NCBI GenBank assembly: GCA_963667625.1
Contig: OY763921.1
Location: 325,778 to 389,777, forward strand
From: Thermodesulfobacteriota bacterium
GTDB taxonomy: Bacteria; Desulfobacterota_D; UBA1144; Nemesobacterales; Nemesobacteraceae
Length of the DNA: 64,000 nt
Direction of reading: 5' to 3'
The translations under genes and the position numbers were made by a program. The notes below the pieces were generated by a model that worked only from the letters and a program-made list of their open reading frames with translations, was not told the DNA's origin and did no database searches. Positions 1 to 10,109 of this stretch are shown piece after piece. The stretch's first letter is position 1; every line of letters begins with the position of its first letter.

Positions 1-1511
1 ACGGAAGACTCAGAAGAGTGCCGGGAATATGCCTTGTGACGGCGGGTCCAGGACTTACAAACGCCCTTACCGGGGTATCGGGTTCCTACTTGGCAAATTC
101 TCCAATGGTTCTGATTTCGGGACGTTCGGGGATTGAGGAGAACGACAGGATGTCCCTTCAGGAAATAGACCAGGAAGCGATCGTAAGACCAGTTACGAAG
201 TGGGCGAGAACGGTTTACGAGGTATCGAGACTAGAAGAATACGTCTCGGCCGCCTACGGGGCCGCGATCTCTGCCAGGCCGGGGCCCGCGTATCTTGGAA
301 TGTCCTACGAGGTTCTTTATCCGAGCTGCGGCGAAAAGGAAACTTCGCTTGTGAGGACTCCCGTTCCCGACACGGACTGCGAACCGCCCGAGCGCAAGAT
401 CTCGGAGTTTTTCCGGTTGTTTTCCGACTCGAAAAGACCCGTTGTGATTGTTGGAAGCGGCGGGTGGTACTCGGGTGCCGAGCAAAGTCTTTTGGAGTTT
501 GCCGAGATGCTTGGAGCGCCTTTTTTCACTCTTAACATGGGAAGAGGGATCCTGCCGGACAACCACAAATGCTGCTTTGGGGCGGCATCACCTGCAAGTC
601 CCGGGGGATTCAGGGAGATAAGCGCAAACGCGGATCTTGTGATCCTTCTTGGCATAAGGCTCAGCATCTACGCCGGGTTCGGAAAGACAATAAACCCCAA
701 GGCCAAAACCGTCCAGGTGGATATCCATCCCGAGGAGCTCGGGAGAAACCGCCCGGCCGATCTCGGGGTAGTCTGTGATCTAGATTCTTTTCTCGCAAAA
801 GCAAATCTATACGCCCTGGAAAACAAGACAAGATTCGATTTTCGTTCTTGGATGAAGGATGCCCGCTCCTCAAGGTCCCGCGCCCGCGCGGCGTTTCGCC
901 GGACCGTTTCCAAATCGAAGGGAATCCACCCGGCCGCGGTAGCGAAAACAGTTTCGGACTACCTCGGGGGAGAGGGGATAATCGCGGTTGACGGGGGAGA
1001 CTGCCAGTCATGGACAGACCTTTCATCCGAAGTGAGAAGACCCGGGCATTACCTTAAGGGAGGCCCGCTTGGGTGCATGGGCGTCGGGGTGCCTTTCGCC
1101 CTGGGGGCAAAGGTAGCTTTTCCCCAAAAGCCCGTGGCGCTTGTGACCGGAGACGGGGCCGTGGCCATGAATTTCATGGAGATGGAGACCGCGGTGAGAC
1201 ACTCTATCCCGTTTGTGGTGGTGGTCTGCAACGATTCCGCGTGGGGAATGACCAAGCACCAGATAGAGATAACCTATCCTGACGCGGGGGTAACCCAGGG
1301 AGTGGACCTCGGTTTTGTCGATTTTCACGAAATAATAAAAGCCATGGGCGGATACGGGGAGAAGATAGAGGAAATAAAAGACCTGACCCCAGGATTGGAA
1401 AGGGCTTTTTCCTCGGGGCTTCCAGCGGTGCTTAACGTGAGCACCGACCCTGACGCGGTAAGCGGCGCAACGCGGGTGATCACGGAGATGATGATGAGGG
1501 AGATGGACTGA
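1..1511 (+). CDS. Thiamine pyrophosphate-dependent enzyme (acetolactate synthase / sulfoacetaldehyde acetyltransferase-like); 5' end outside window
   Basis: Reading frame is open to the window start (GTG at 18 is only the first start-like codon). It contains the TPP-enzyme motifs PGICLVTAGPGLTN and GDGAVAMNFMEMETAVRHSIPFVVVVCNDSAWGM. The N-terminal ~70 aa of a typical ~560 aa TPP enzyme are missing. Confidence 0.8.
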   Translation, partial: GRLRRVPGICLVTAGPGLTNALTGVSGSYLANSPMVLISGRSGIEENDRMSLQEIDQEAIVRPVTKWARTVYEVSRLEEYVSAAYGAAISARPGPAYLGMSYEVLYPSCGEKETSLVRTPVPDTDCEPPERKISEFFRLFSDSKRPVVIVGSGGWYSGAEQSLLEFAEMLGAPFFTLNMGRGILPDNHKCCFGAASPASPGGFREISANADLVILLGIRLSIYAGFGKTINPKAKTVQVDIHPEELGRNRPADLGVVCDLDSFLAKANLYALENKTRFDFRSWMKDARSSRSRARAAFRRTVSKSKGIHPAAVAKTVSDYLGGEGIIAVDGGDCQSWTDLSSEVRRPGHYLKGGPLGCMGVGVPFALGAKVAFPQKPVALVTGDGAVAMNFMEMETAVRHSIPFVVVVCNDSAWGMTKHQIEITYPDAGVTQGVDLGFVDFHEIIKAMGGYGEKIEEIKDLTPGLERAFSSGLPAVLNVSTDPDAVSGATRVITEMMMREMD

Positions 1512-1536
1512 AGTTCCCTTTCGGAGGGCTTTGCCG

Positions 1537-3333
1537 TCAGTCGGTTTTAAGCACGGCCAGAAAAGCTTCCTGCGGTATTTCCACCCTTCCTACCTGCTTC
1601 ATCCTCTTTTTCCCCTCTTTCTGTTTTTCAAGAAGTTTTCTTTTCCTGGTGACGTCTCCCCCGTAGCACTTGGAAGTAACGTCTTTCCTCATCGCCCTTA
1701 CGGATTCGCGGGCTATCACCCTGCTTCCGATTGCGGCCTGTATGACTACCTCGTAGAGCTGACGGGGTATAAGCGACCGGAGTTTCCCTATAAGCCCCCT
1801 TCCTCTCTCGTAGGCCTTGTCCTTGTGGGAAATTATCGAGAGCGCATCGACCATGTTTCCGTTAACCAGGATATCAAGCTTTATGAGGTCTGAGTCTTTG
1901 TATCCGGCGGGTTCGTAATCCATCGAGGCGTAGCCCTTGGTGACGGATTTTAGATTGTCGTAAAAATCGTAGACTATTTCCCCAAGAGGAAGCTCATATT
2001 CGATTATGGCCCTGTTTTCGGTCACGTAGCTTAGGTTCTTCTGTATTCCCCTTCTTTTTTCGCAGAGTTCGAATATTTGCCCCAGGTAATCCGAAGGGGT
2101 ATGAACGAACACAGACACATACGGTTCCTGGAGCCGGGCTGAGCGGTCGCCGGTCGGGAGTTCGCTGGGATTGTCGACGTACACTTCCCTTCCTCCCGGA
2201 TAGACGGCCTTGTAAATAACGGTTGGCGCGGTAGTTATGAGGTTTACCTCGAATTCTCTCTCCACCCTCTCCCGCACGATCTCCATATGAAGCAGCCCGA
2301 GAAAGCCGCAGCGGAAACCGAACCCGAGCGCCAAAGACGTCTCGGGCTCGTAAACAAGTGACGAATCATTAAGCTTGAGTTTCTCGAGCCCTTCCTTGAG
2401 CCTGTCGTAATCTCCCGTGTCGATGGGGTAGAGCCCGCTGAAGACCATGGGCTTTATGACCTTGAATCCCTCGAGGGGGTTTTCGGTGGGGGAATCGGCA
2501 CCTGTTATCGTGTCTCCGACTCCAGCTTCCCCGATTTCTTTTATAGAGGCGGTTATGAATCCGACCTGTCCCGTTATGAGCTGTTCAAGTTCCTTTGCCT
2601 GCGGGGCAAACGCACCTATTTTCCTCACCTCGTATTTTTTGCCGGTCGCCATGAGCTTGATTCTCATGCCGAGCCTTACCGTCCCCTCGTATACCCTCAC
2701 CAGCATCACGACGCCCTGGTATGAGTCGAACCAGCTGTCGAATATAAGTGCCTTGAGCCTCGAGTCCTCAGGGCTATTTGGCGGCGGCACAAGCGCCACG
2801 ATCGATTCCAGTATCTCCTTTGTGCCGGTTCCGTCCTTGGCGCTTGCCAAAACGGCGTCTTCGGTGGAGATTCCGACTATATCCTCTATCTCTTTTTTCA
2901 CTCTCTCGGGTTCGGCGGAAGGCAGGTCTATCTTGTTTATGACGGGTATCATCTCAAGCCCTGAATCAGCGGCTAGGTAAGCGTGGGCAAGCGTCTGGGC
3001 CTCGACTCCCTGGGAGGCGTCAACCACAAGTAGTGCTCCCTCGCACGCTATCAGGCTTCGCGAAACCTCGTAACTGAAATCGACGTGTCCGGGGGTATCT
3101 ATCAGGTTGAACTCATAGGTTCTGCCGTCATCGGCCTTGTACCTCAGCCTTACCGCCTGGGCCTTTATGGTTATTCCCCTCTCCCTTTCTATTTCCATGT
3201 TGTCGAGGAACTGCTCGGTTTTCTCGCGTTCGCTGAGGGTGCCTGTGAACTCAAGAAGCCTGTCGGCAAGAGTTGATTTGCCGTGGTCGACGTGGGCTAT
3301 TATGGAGAAATTTCGAATTAGATCTGTTTCCAT
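1537..3333 (-). CDS. lepA: Elongation factor 4 (LepA)
   Basis: 598 aa. N-terminus [26 protein letters not shown] is the LepA GTPase G1 signature, and the overall EF-G-like architecture and length are typical of LepA. Confidence 0.95.
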   Translation of the reverse strand: METDLIRNFSIIAHVDHGKSTLADRLLEFTGTLSEREKTEQFLDNMEIERERGITIKAQAVRLRYKADDGRTYEFNLIDTPGHVDFSYEVSRSLIACEGALLVVDASQGVEAQTLAHAYLAADSGLEMIPVINKIDLPSAEPERVKKEIEDIVGISTEDAVLASAKDGTGTKEILESIVALVPPPNSPEDSRLKALIFDSWFDSYQGVVMLVRVYEGTVRLGMRIKLMATGKKYEVRKIGAFAPQAKELEQLITGQVGFITASIKEIGEAGVGDTITGADSPTENPLEGFKVIKPMVFSGLYPIDTGDYDRLKEGLEKLKLNDSSLVYEPETSLALGFGFRCGFLGLLHMEIVRERVEREFEVNLITTAPTVIYKAVYPGGREVYVDNPSELPTGDRSARLQEPYVSVFVHTPSDYLGQIFELCEKRRGIQKNLSYVTENRAIIEYELPLGEIVYDFYDNLKSVTKGYASMDYEPAGYKDSDLIKLDILVNGNMVDALSIISHKDKAYERGRGLIGKLRSLIPRQLYEVVIQAAIGSRVIARESVRAMRKDVTSKCYGGDVTRKRKLLEKQKEGKKRMKQVGRVEIPQEAFLAVLKTD

Positions 3334-3497
3334 GGTCAGGCTGAAAGTATAAAGTAATGTCCTTATGTTTCAAACGCCGTGAAGCCGCCTTACATTTCAA
3401 TAAAGTAAAGGCCGACCATAGACGCTTGCCAAGGTTTTTTTTAAAGGTCAGCAAGAACAGTAGTGACGACTTTTTGTTTCTAAGTAAAGATCGTGGT

Positions 3498-3526
3498 TTA
3501 AATCAAACTGCCCCTTGTGTTATAAT
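3498..3526 (+). promoter_or_regulatory. Candidate sigma70-type promoter with extended -10 (TGtTATAAT) upstream of the TonB-dependent receptor gene
   Basis: TTAAAT at 3498-3503, a 14-nt gap to TG at 3518-3519, then TATAAT at 3521-3526; roughly 35 nt upstream of the AGGAGG RBS at about 3552. Confidence 0.3.
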
Positions 3527-3563
3527 AAAGACCTTAGTATTATTTCGAAATAGGAGGATTAGG

Positions 3564-6104
3564 ATGAAAAAAGGAATCATTGCAGGGCTTGCTGCACTGC
3601 TCGTTACAGGGTTGCTAAGTCCCTTAACAAATGCTTTCGAACTTGAAAAGCTCGTTGTACTTGGAAGCCGTTTTGAGGAACGCAGCGTTTCAGACTCCCC
3701 GGTTCCCGTTGACGTCATAACAGAAGAGGAGATTGTCGCTACGGGGCAGACCGAGGTAGGCCGGATTATTCAGGAACTCCTACCGTCTTTTAACTTTTCA
3801 AGCTCGACCATAAGCGATGGAACGGACGCTCTGCGCCCCGCCACGCTTAGGGGCCTTGGACCTGATCAGGTTTTGGTTCTGGTTAACGGAAAACGCCGCC
3901 ACAAAAGCGCCCTGATACACGTAAACACCTCCGTTGGTCGTGGTACCGCGGGTGTTGACATGAACACGATTCCGGTAAGCGCGATAAAGAGAATCGAGGT
4001 ACTGAGGGACGGCGCTTCAGCGCAGTACGGATCAGACGCTATATCCGGTGTTATAAACATAGTCCTTAAGGACGGCTACGACGGTAAGATAACGGCGACT
4101 GCCGGACAGCTTTATGAAGGAGACGGAGAAACTCTTGTGGCGAGCATAAACAAGGGCTTTTCTCTCGGGGGCGAAAGCGTCGTGAATGCGACCCTTGAAG
4201 TAAGGGACAGGAAGAGTTCCAACAGGGCGGGGGTGATGGGAGATATCCAGTATCCGAACAGCGAATGTCTTGACGCGGATGGGAATGCGGCCCCGTGCGG
4301 AACCCTGGGTAGTCCGCGGACGCTTTCAAACAACAGTGTAAACGATCCTGAGCGCGTTTTTGACAGGGACAGGTTCAGAGTGGGTGATGCGGATTCCACG
4401 CACGTAAGCTTCGTGCTTAACATGAGGGCACCGGTGGATTTGATGGACGGTGAGATTTACAGCTTCTTTGACCTGTCGAAAAGGGAAAACGAGAGCGGAG
4501 GTTTTTACAGAAGGGCAAATCAGCTTCCCAGAAACCCTGCTGGATCGGATTACCCGGATGGTTTTCTTCCTCTTATCAACACCAGTATAAGTGATTACGC
4601 ATTCGGTGTGGGTTTCGAGGGAGACCTTACCGACAGCGTCAAAATGGACGCGAGTTATGTAGTGGGCGGAAACTCTTTTTCCTTTGAAATCACTGATTCC
4701 CATAACGCCTCATGGGTCAGGTGTCATACTGGTGAAGCGGAGCAATGTCTCTCCGACGTGGATTACACCGGTTCAATTCAATTGTCTGCCGATGCGGGAG
4801 AGTTGAAGCTTTTCCAGCATACCGTGAATCTTGATTTTACGACTCCTTTTACGTTTGGAAATCTCGCCTGGGGAGGTGAGTACAGAAGGGAGGAATATGA
4901 AATAGAAGCCGGCGAAGCGTATTCATATGAAGACTACGATGGTCCTGGAGGTAGAGGATCTCCCGGAATACAGGTATTTCCTGGTTTCAAACCTAGCAAC
5001 GAGCTTTCAGAAGCAAGGGATGCTTTTTCCGCTTACGCCGACGCGGAGTTTGACGTAGGGGAAATGCTGCTTTTAAGCCCAGCCGTGCGTTACGAGAACT
5101 ACAGCGATTTCGGAAACACCTTTAACGGAAAACTCTCCGCCCGAGCCGGACTTTCCGATTCGTTTGCCCTTAGAGGTTCTGCGAGCACCGGGTTTAGGGC
5201 TCCCTCCATGCAGCAGATTTATTTCAATAACGTCTCGACACAGTTCAATCTTAATGAGCAAACAGGAGAATTTGACGCATTTGAAGTGGGGACTTTCCGT
5301 AATGACAGTGATCTGGCGAGGATGATAGGAATTCCGGAGCTTCAAGAAGAAACTTCAAGGAATTTCAGCGCCGGCTTCGTGTTCAACCCGCTTCCCGCCC
5401 TCACAATCACAACCGACTTCTACTACATACTGATTGATGATCGTATTATCCTAAGCGGAAGGATTAGCGAGGGTAACGAAGCCATTCCTCAATCGGTAAG
5501 GGATAGCGTAGGGGCGCAGCAGGGTCAGTTTTTCATGAACGCTGCGGATACTACGACCAAGGGGATGGATGTGGTAGCGAGTTACGATCATTCCTTTGCT
5601 GACACTTCCACTTTAAAAATTGTTTTTGCCGGAACTGTCAACGAAACGGAGATCACGGACGTGAATCTTCCGCTCGGTCTTCCCGAAGAGCTTTTTACGG
5701 AGCAGGACCGTTCGATTATAGAAGAATGGCAGCCTAAGGACCGGTTCTCACTTTCCGGTTCTTATTCAAAAGGCTTCGCGTCTCTGCTGGTTGCGGTTCA
5801 CCGTTACGGAGAGTATACCGTTGTTGACGGAGGTAACAGACAGACTTACGGCGCAAAGTACATTACCGATGCGAATCTTAGCTTGGAACTGGGCAAAGTC
5901 GGTACGTTTAAAGTTGGAGCGAACAATCTTTTCGACGTGAAGCCCGACAAAAACGAAATCGGCCAGTCAAGGGGCGGTACAATATATGATCACGACGGGT
6001 CTCTTATAGTCGATTCCCCGGGAGTTTTCACCTACTCCCGGCGCTCGGCGCCTTTCGGATTTAACGGCGGTTATTACTACTTGGCTTACGAGTACAGCTT
6101 CTAA
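3564..6104 (+). CDS. TonB-dependent outer-membrane receptor
   Basis: Start chosen at ATG 3564 (MKKGIIAGLAALLVTG, a signal peptide) preceded by AGGAGGATTAGG rather than the upstream extension at 3357. Plug-domain residues LEKLVVLGSRFEE...VPVDVITEEEI, beta-barrel length, and a C-terminal aromatic residue (YEYSF). Confidence 0.85.
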   Translation: MKKGIIAGLAALLVTGLLSPLTNAFELEKLVVLGSRFEERSVSDSPVPVDVITEEEIVATGQTEVGRIIQELLPSFNFSSSTISDGTDALRPATLRGLGPDQVLVLVNGKRRHKSALIHVNTSVGRGTAGVDMNTIPVSAIKRIEVLRDGASAQYGSDAISGVINIVLKDGYDGKITATAGQLYEGDGETLVASINKGFSLGGESVVNATLEVRDRKSSNRAGVMGDIQYPNSECLDADGNAAPCGTLGSPRTLSNNSVNDPERVFDRDRFRVGDADSTHVSFVLNMRAPVDLMDGEIYSFFDLSKRENESGGFYRRANQLPRNPAGSDYPDGFLPLINTSISDYAFGVGFEGDLTDSVKMDASYVVGGNSFSFEITDSHNASWVRCHTGEAEQCLSDVDYTGSIQLSADAGELKLFQHTVNLDFTTPFTFGNLAWGGEYRREEYEIEAGEAYSYEDYDGPGGRGSPGIQVFPGFKPSNELSEARDAFSAYADAEFDVGEMLLLSPAVRYENYSDFGNTFNGKLSARAGLSDSFALRGSASTGFRAPSMQQIYFNNVSTQFNLNEQTGEFDAFEVGTFRNDSDLARMIGIPELQEETSRNFSAGFVFNPLPALTITTDFYYILIDDRIILSGRISEGNEAIPQSVRDSVGAQQGQFFMNAADTTTKGMDVVASYDHSFADTSTLKIVFAGTVNETEITDVNLPLGLPEELFTEQDRSIIEEWQPKDRFSLSGSYSKGFASLLVAVHRYGEYTVVDGGNRQTYGAKYITDANLSLELGKVGTFKVGANNLFDVKPDKNEIGQSRGGTIYDHDGSLIVDSPGVFTYSRRSAPFGFNGGYYYLAYEYSF

Positions 6105-6129
6105 GCCTGTCTCGCCACAACGATATTTT

Positions 6130-6170
6130 CCTGCCGGGATGAATTCGGTCCCGGCAGGAACTTTTCTTCC
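6130..6170. terminator. Bidirectional rho-independent terminator between convergent genes
   Basis: Perfect 10-bp stem CCTGCCGGGA / TCCCGGCAGG with a 9-nt loop, followed by the T-rich tract AACTTTTCTTCC. Confidence 0.6.
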
Positions 6171-6179
6171 AAGATTCTT

Positions 6180-7574
6180 TTATACAGCGGATGACCTTAT
6201 TACCATAAGTTTTTCGTGGGTCATCTCGCGCATCGTGTACGGAATTCCTCCCGTTCCAATTCCCGAGTGCCCGGCCCCACGAAAAGGCATCCAGTCGACC
6301 CGGAACGCGGTGTGATCGTTTACAAGCACTGAAGCCGCCTTTAACTTCTTTACGGCCTCAAGTGCGGTATCGATGTTCTTGGTGAATACTGACGCCTGAA
6401 ACGAGTAGGGGAGGCTGTTCGCCAGTTCTACGGCCTCGTCCATTCCTTCGTAAGAGTAAACCGCTATAACGGGTCCGAAAATCTCCTCACGCGAGAGTCT
6501 GCAGTTCTGGCTCGGGTTAAGGATTACCGTGGGCTCGTAGCAGGTTTTCCCGATTCTCCTGCCTCCGCAAAGAAGCTCCCCGTCTTTTCTCAAAGCCTCT
6601 TTTACCCAGTTGTGAACTCTTGTGACTTCCCTCGGGCTTATGAGGGGGCCTATATGCGTTTCTTCGCTCATCGGGTCTCCGACTTTTGTCTCAAGAGCGA
6701 GTTTTTTAAGTCCTTTGGCGACTTTTTTCACTAACGAGCTCTGCGCGAAAACCCTCTGCACGGAAACGCAGACCTGGCCCGCGTGGTAGAAGCCGCCTTT
6801 TGCAAGAAGGGGAAGCATGTCGTCTATGTCGGCGTCGCGCTCTACTATCACGGGAGCCGCGCCCCCGTGTTCAAGAGCGCATCTTGTTCCCGGCGCGAGT
6901 CTTGACCTCAGGTGCCACCCCACTTTGGCGGAGCCGATGAATGTGAGGTAGTTGACCCTCCTGTCTGTGGCCAGTGCTTCGGCGAGCGTATCGTCCACTA
7001 TAACGGCGCGGGCCCATTTTTCCGGAAGACCGCTTTCGTAGAGAGCTTCAAGCAGGTTAAGGCAGGAAAGGGGAGTATTAAGCGCGGGCTTTATGATTAC
7101 CGGGCAGCCGACGGCCACCGCGGGGATTACCTGGTGAACGGCGAGGTTAAAAGGGTGATTGAAGGCCGAGATGGCCACCACAACCCCTATAGGTTCCCTG
7201 ATAGTAAATGCCATCCTGTTAAGGGAAGCGGCGTTTGAGCCCATGGGTATTTCCTCTCCTCCGAGGTTAGAGAGAGATTCGGTCGCCACCTTTATTCCGT
7301 TTATGGCTCTTGTGATCTCGGCTCTGGTGTCAATGAGGGGTTTTCCTCCCTCTGCGGCGGCGTCCGCTACGATACGGTCGTAGTTTCTCTCGACAAATGC
7401 CTTGGTTCGCTCGAGGATCTCTATTCTTTGTGGAATGGGAATTCTTTCTGACGGCCGGTCGGCAAGAGTCCTTGCCGTGGAAAGCGCTTTTTGCATCTCC
7501 CTTTTGCTGGTCACGGGGATTTTTCTTATGAGTTTTTCGTCGTAGGCTCCAAGAACCTCAAGTGTTTTCGGCAT
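6180..7574 (-). CDS. NAD(P)-dependent aldehyde dehydrogenase family protein
   Basis: 464 aa. Catalytic Cys context GQVCVSVQRVF, an EHGG (ELGG-like) motif, and ALDH-family length. Confidence 0.85.
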   Translation of the reverse strand: MPKTLEVLGAYDEKLIRKIPVTSKREMQKALSTARTLADRPSERIPIPQRIEILERTKAFVERNYDRIVADAAAEGGKPLIDTRAEITRAINGIKVATESLSNLGGEEIPMGSNAASLNRMAFTIREPIGVVVAISAFNHPFNLAVHQVIPAVAVGCPVIIKPALNTPLSCLNLLEALYESGLPEKWARAVIVDDTLAEALATDRRVNYLTFIGSAKVGWHLRSRLAPGTRCALEHGGAAPVIVERDADIDDMLPLLAKGGFYHAGQVCVSVQRVFAQSSLVKKVAKGLKKLALETKVGDPMSEETHIGPLISPREVTRVHNWVKEALRKDGELLCGGRRIGKTCYEPTVILNPSQNCRLSREEIFGPVIAVYSYEGMDEAVELANSLPYSFQASVFTKNIDTALEAVKKLKAASVLVNDHTAFRVDWMPFRGAGHSGIGTGGIPYTMREMTHEKLMVIRSSAV

Positions 7575-7689
7575 GCTTTTTCCCTCCGCCGCCCTTTGGT
7601 GTGGGCTTTTTGTTTTTTTAGATACCTGATTTTAAGGCACTTTACATGCTGACAGAGGGTGTTTATATTGAGAAATAGAGGTTGTTTTC

Positions 7690-8187
7690 ATGATTATGCG
7701 CGGAATTGCCCTAATTGTTTTTGCGGTTGCGGTTCTTGTTATTTGGCCACTTCTGCCTGCAGGCGGAGAACAGGCTGAAAAACCCCTGCCCGAGGGGATC
7801 ATGGGGCTTACAGCGGAGCAGTGGAAGAAGAAGCTTTCGCCTCTTGAGTACAAGGTGCTTTGGAAAAAAGGCACGGAAGCTCCTTTTTCGGGAAAACTGC
7901 TTTACAACAAGGAAAAGGGAACCTACGTTACCGCCGGCTGCGGGCAGCCCGTTTTTTCCTCCGAACATAAATACGATTCAAAAACCGGATGGCCGAGTTT
8001 CTGGAGACCCATAAGCGAGGACGCCGTGAAGATAGTTCCCGACAACTCCTTCGGGCTCAGGCGCTATGAGGTGGTATCAAGTGAATGCGGAGAACACCTG
8101 GGACATGTTTTCAAAGATGGCCCTCCTCCGACGGGACTTCGATACTGCATAAACTCGGTCGCTTTGGATTTTATTCCCTCCCAGTAA
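7690..8187 (+). CDS. msrB: Peptide-methionine (R)-S-oxide reductase MsrB with N-terminal signal/TM segment
   Basis: SelR domain motifs GWPSFW, HLGHVFKDGP and catalytic RYCINS. Hydrophobic N-terminus MIMRGIALIVFAVAVLVIWPLL. The usual two zinc-binding CxxC pairs are absent (AGCG ... SECGEH). Confidence 0.85.
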   Translation: MIMRGIALIVFAVAVLVIWPLLPAGGEQAEKPLPEGIMGLTAEQWKKKLSPLEYKVLWKKGTEAPFSGKLLYNKEKGTYVTAGCGQPVFSSEHKYDSKTGWPSFWRPISEDAVKIVPDNSFGLRRYEVVSSECGEHLGHVFKDGPPPTGLRYCINSVALDFIPSQ

Positions 8188-8319
8188 TGCCGCTTTGCCC
8201 CGGGTTGCAGATGTAATTTTGCTTGACATTGAATACGCACCTGTGATAGAAGCATAATTAGCGGTCCCTGTCTTGGGACCGGGAACGGTTATGATCTCAT
8301 ACAGGAGGTATGGTTAGTT

Positions 8320-8844
8320 ATGGTTCCAATAGAAGCTTTGTTAGGTTACGTTTTGCTGCTCGTAGGGTTCGTGTTCTTCGCGAACGGAATGACCCTTTTG
8401 GGTAAAACCGGAGCAAAAGAAGTGGGAGTGCTCAATCTCGGAGTCGGCGTTCTTATAGCGATTGCCGCTTGGAAGCTGCACACCCTTGGTCTTACGGCGG
8501 CTACCGCGCTTGTGTCGGTATTTGCATTGATATACCTGATAGTCTACGCGGTATTCGTACATGGACATGACGCGAAAGGGCTTGGAGTATACTGTCTTTT
8601 CGCAACGGTAGTGTTCATATGGTACGGAGCTCACTTCCAGGCACTTGGGCTTGCGGAGTTTGCGTACTTCTGCTGGGCTTGGGCTTTGCTTGTGCTTCTT
8701 TGCTTCTTGGCGTTTTCGCAGGGCAAGGATCTCGGTAAGCCGATAGCCTATCTGTTCATAATAGAGTCCATTGTGACTCTGTTGATACCGGGAATGCTTC
8801 TGCTTACAGAAAAGTGGAATCCTCTCGGAGGAGTACCAGGCTAA
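8320..8844 (+). CDS. AmiS/UreI-family channel (proton-gated urea / short-chain amide transporter family)
   Basis: 174 aa, about six predicted TM helices. The N-terminus LGYVLLLVGFVFFANGMTLLGKTG...LNLGVGVLIAI aligns, from memory, with H. pylori UreI LGLVLLYVGIVLISNGICGLTK...MNFFVGGLSII. The C-terminus IIESIVTLLIP resembles UreI IIEGILTAWIP. AGGAGG RBS at 8303-8308. Confidence 0.7.
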   Translation: MVPIEALLGYVLLLVGFVFFANGMTLLGKTGAKEVGVLNLGVGVLIAIAAWKLHTLGLTAATALVSVFALIYLIVYAVFVHGHDAKGLGVYCLFATVVFIWYGAHFQALGLAEFAYFCWAWALLVLLCFLAFSQGKDLGKPIAYLFIIESIVTLLIPGMLLLTEKWNPLGGVPG

Positions 8845-9073
8845 GGTTGGCTTTGCCTTGCTTCCCTGAAACAGTCCGGCTTTTTAAGTGTCGGAGCAAA
8901 CGGGAAGCACGAGATGTTTAAGAGTCTGTTTTGTTTCGGCTAGGCAGTCCGAAACTTAACGAAAGTTTGCGAGGAGACTTCGGTTTCAAATGGTTTTTGA
9001 TGCGGTGGTCACCGAGCAAATAATTCCTAGCCCTTGAGGCGAGGAAGTGCCGGTTTACAGGTGGTTAGAAAAA

Positions 9074-9112
9074 AGGGGGACTTTCTTCAAGTCCCCCTCT
9101 TTTTTTGCTTTT
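9074..9112. terminator. Rho-independent terminator in convergent intergenic region
   Basis: 9-bp stem AGGGGGACT / AGTCCCCCT with a 7-nt loop, followed by CTTTTTTTGCTTTTTCC; an A-run precedes the hairpin, so it can act bidirectionally. Confidence 0.65.
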
Positions 9113-9188
9113 TCCGTTCCGTTGGTCTTCTGACTTCAGTTGGGTTTGAGTTTCGTATATAAACCCAAGTCAGCAAATTCCGGAGTTT

Positions 9189-9641
9189 TTACGCTTCTTC
9201 TTTTCTCTGGACGAGAATTACCCACTTTCCCTTCTGGACGGGTTTTTCAGCGTCTTTGTGGGTAAATACATTTACCTCAAAGATAAAAAATCCCATGTTC
9301 GGACGCTTGTGTTCCCTTTTCTCAACGAGCTTTCTCGTTATGTGAATCGTATCACCTGGGAATACCGCTCCCGAGAATCTCCAGTCTTCAAGCCCCATGA
9401 AAGCGACGGTAGCGAGTCTCGGCATGGTGAACCAGAGGCCCGTTGCTATGGATGTGACCAGCATGCCGTGGGCTACCCTTGTCTTGAAAACGGTTTTCTT
9501 GGCAAACTCCTCGTCTATGTGCATATTGTTGTAATCTGCGGAAAGTCCCGCGAAGTTGACGATGTCGGCTTCAGTAATCGTCCTTCCTGAGCTTTTGTGC
9601 TCGTCTCCCTCGTTCAGATCTTCGTAAAAAAGTTTTGGCAT
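9189..9641 (-). CDS. MaoC-like (R)-specific enoyl-CoA hydratase / hot-dog fold dehydratase
   Basis: 150 aa; DYNNMHIDEEFAKKTVFKTRVAHGMLV is a typical MaoC dehydratase motif. Confidence 0.8.
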   Translation of the reverse strand: MPKLFYEDLNEGDEHKSSGRTITEADIVNFAGLSADYNNMHIDEEFAKKTVFKTRVAHGMLVTSIATGLWFTMPRLATVAFMGLEDWRFSGAVFPGDTIHITRKLVEKREHKRPNMGFFIFEVNVFTHKDAEKPVQKGKWVILVQRKEEA

Positions 9642-9656
9642 CTTTGGTTCTCCTTT

Positions 9657-10082
9657 TTAACCCGCTGGTTTGAATTTGGGCAGTGTGACCTCATCGGTAA
9701 CGTCATCGAAGCAGACCTGCACTTCCATCCCTATGGACACTTCATTCGGATCCACGTCAACCACGTTGGACATCATCTTAACTCCTTCATCCATCTCGAT
9801 AAGGGCCACGACATAAGGAGGCTCACCCTTGTAGGCTTTCGAGGGTCCCATGTGGTGTATGGAAAAAGTCCACACCTTCCCCCGTCCCTCGCTCTCAACC
9901 CACTCTATGTCGTCACTCATGTCCCCTCCCGGGGAAAGAGCCCTCGGGTAAAAGAAAAACTCCCCTGTCTCCCTTGATCTGGGGATAACCAGCTTGTGCT
10001 CCTTCGCGGCATCCCAAAACGGCTTTGTCTCGGGCCTGAATTCAGGCAAAGGCTTGTTGTACGCTTTTTTCTCTTCTGACAT
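9657..10082 (-). CDS. DUF35 OB-fold / Zn-ribbon protein (thiolase partner subunit)
   Basis: 141 aa. N-terminal Zn-ribbon-like region plus OB-fold segment GRGKVWTFSIHH; it lies immediately downstream of the SCP-x-type thiolase, as in BbsA/ChsH-type pairs. Confidence 0.7.
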   Translation of the reverse strand: MSEEKKAYNKPLPEFRPETKPFWDAAKEHKLVIPRSRETGEFFFYPRALSPGGDMSDDIEWVESEGRGKVWTFSIHHMGPSKAYKGEPPYVVALIEMDEGVKMMSNVVDVDPNEVSIGMEVQVCFDDVTDEVTLPKFKPAG

Positions 10083-10109
10083 CTTCTTGTTCTCCTTGTT
10101 TGCTTACTG

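Noticed and set aside
3357-3563. 5' extension of the TonB-receptor ORF to 3357
   Set aside because: The extension lacks a signal peptide and an RBS, whereas ATG 3564 has AGGAGG and a classic signal sequence; the extension covers the promoter region.
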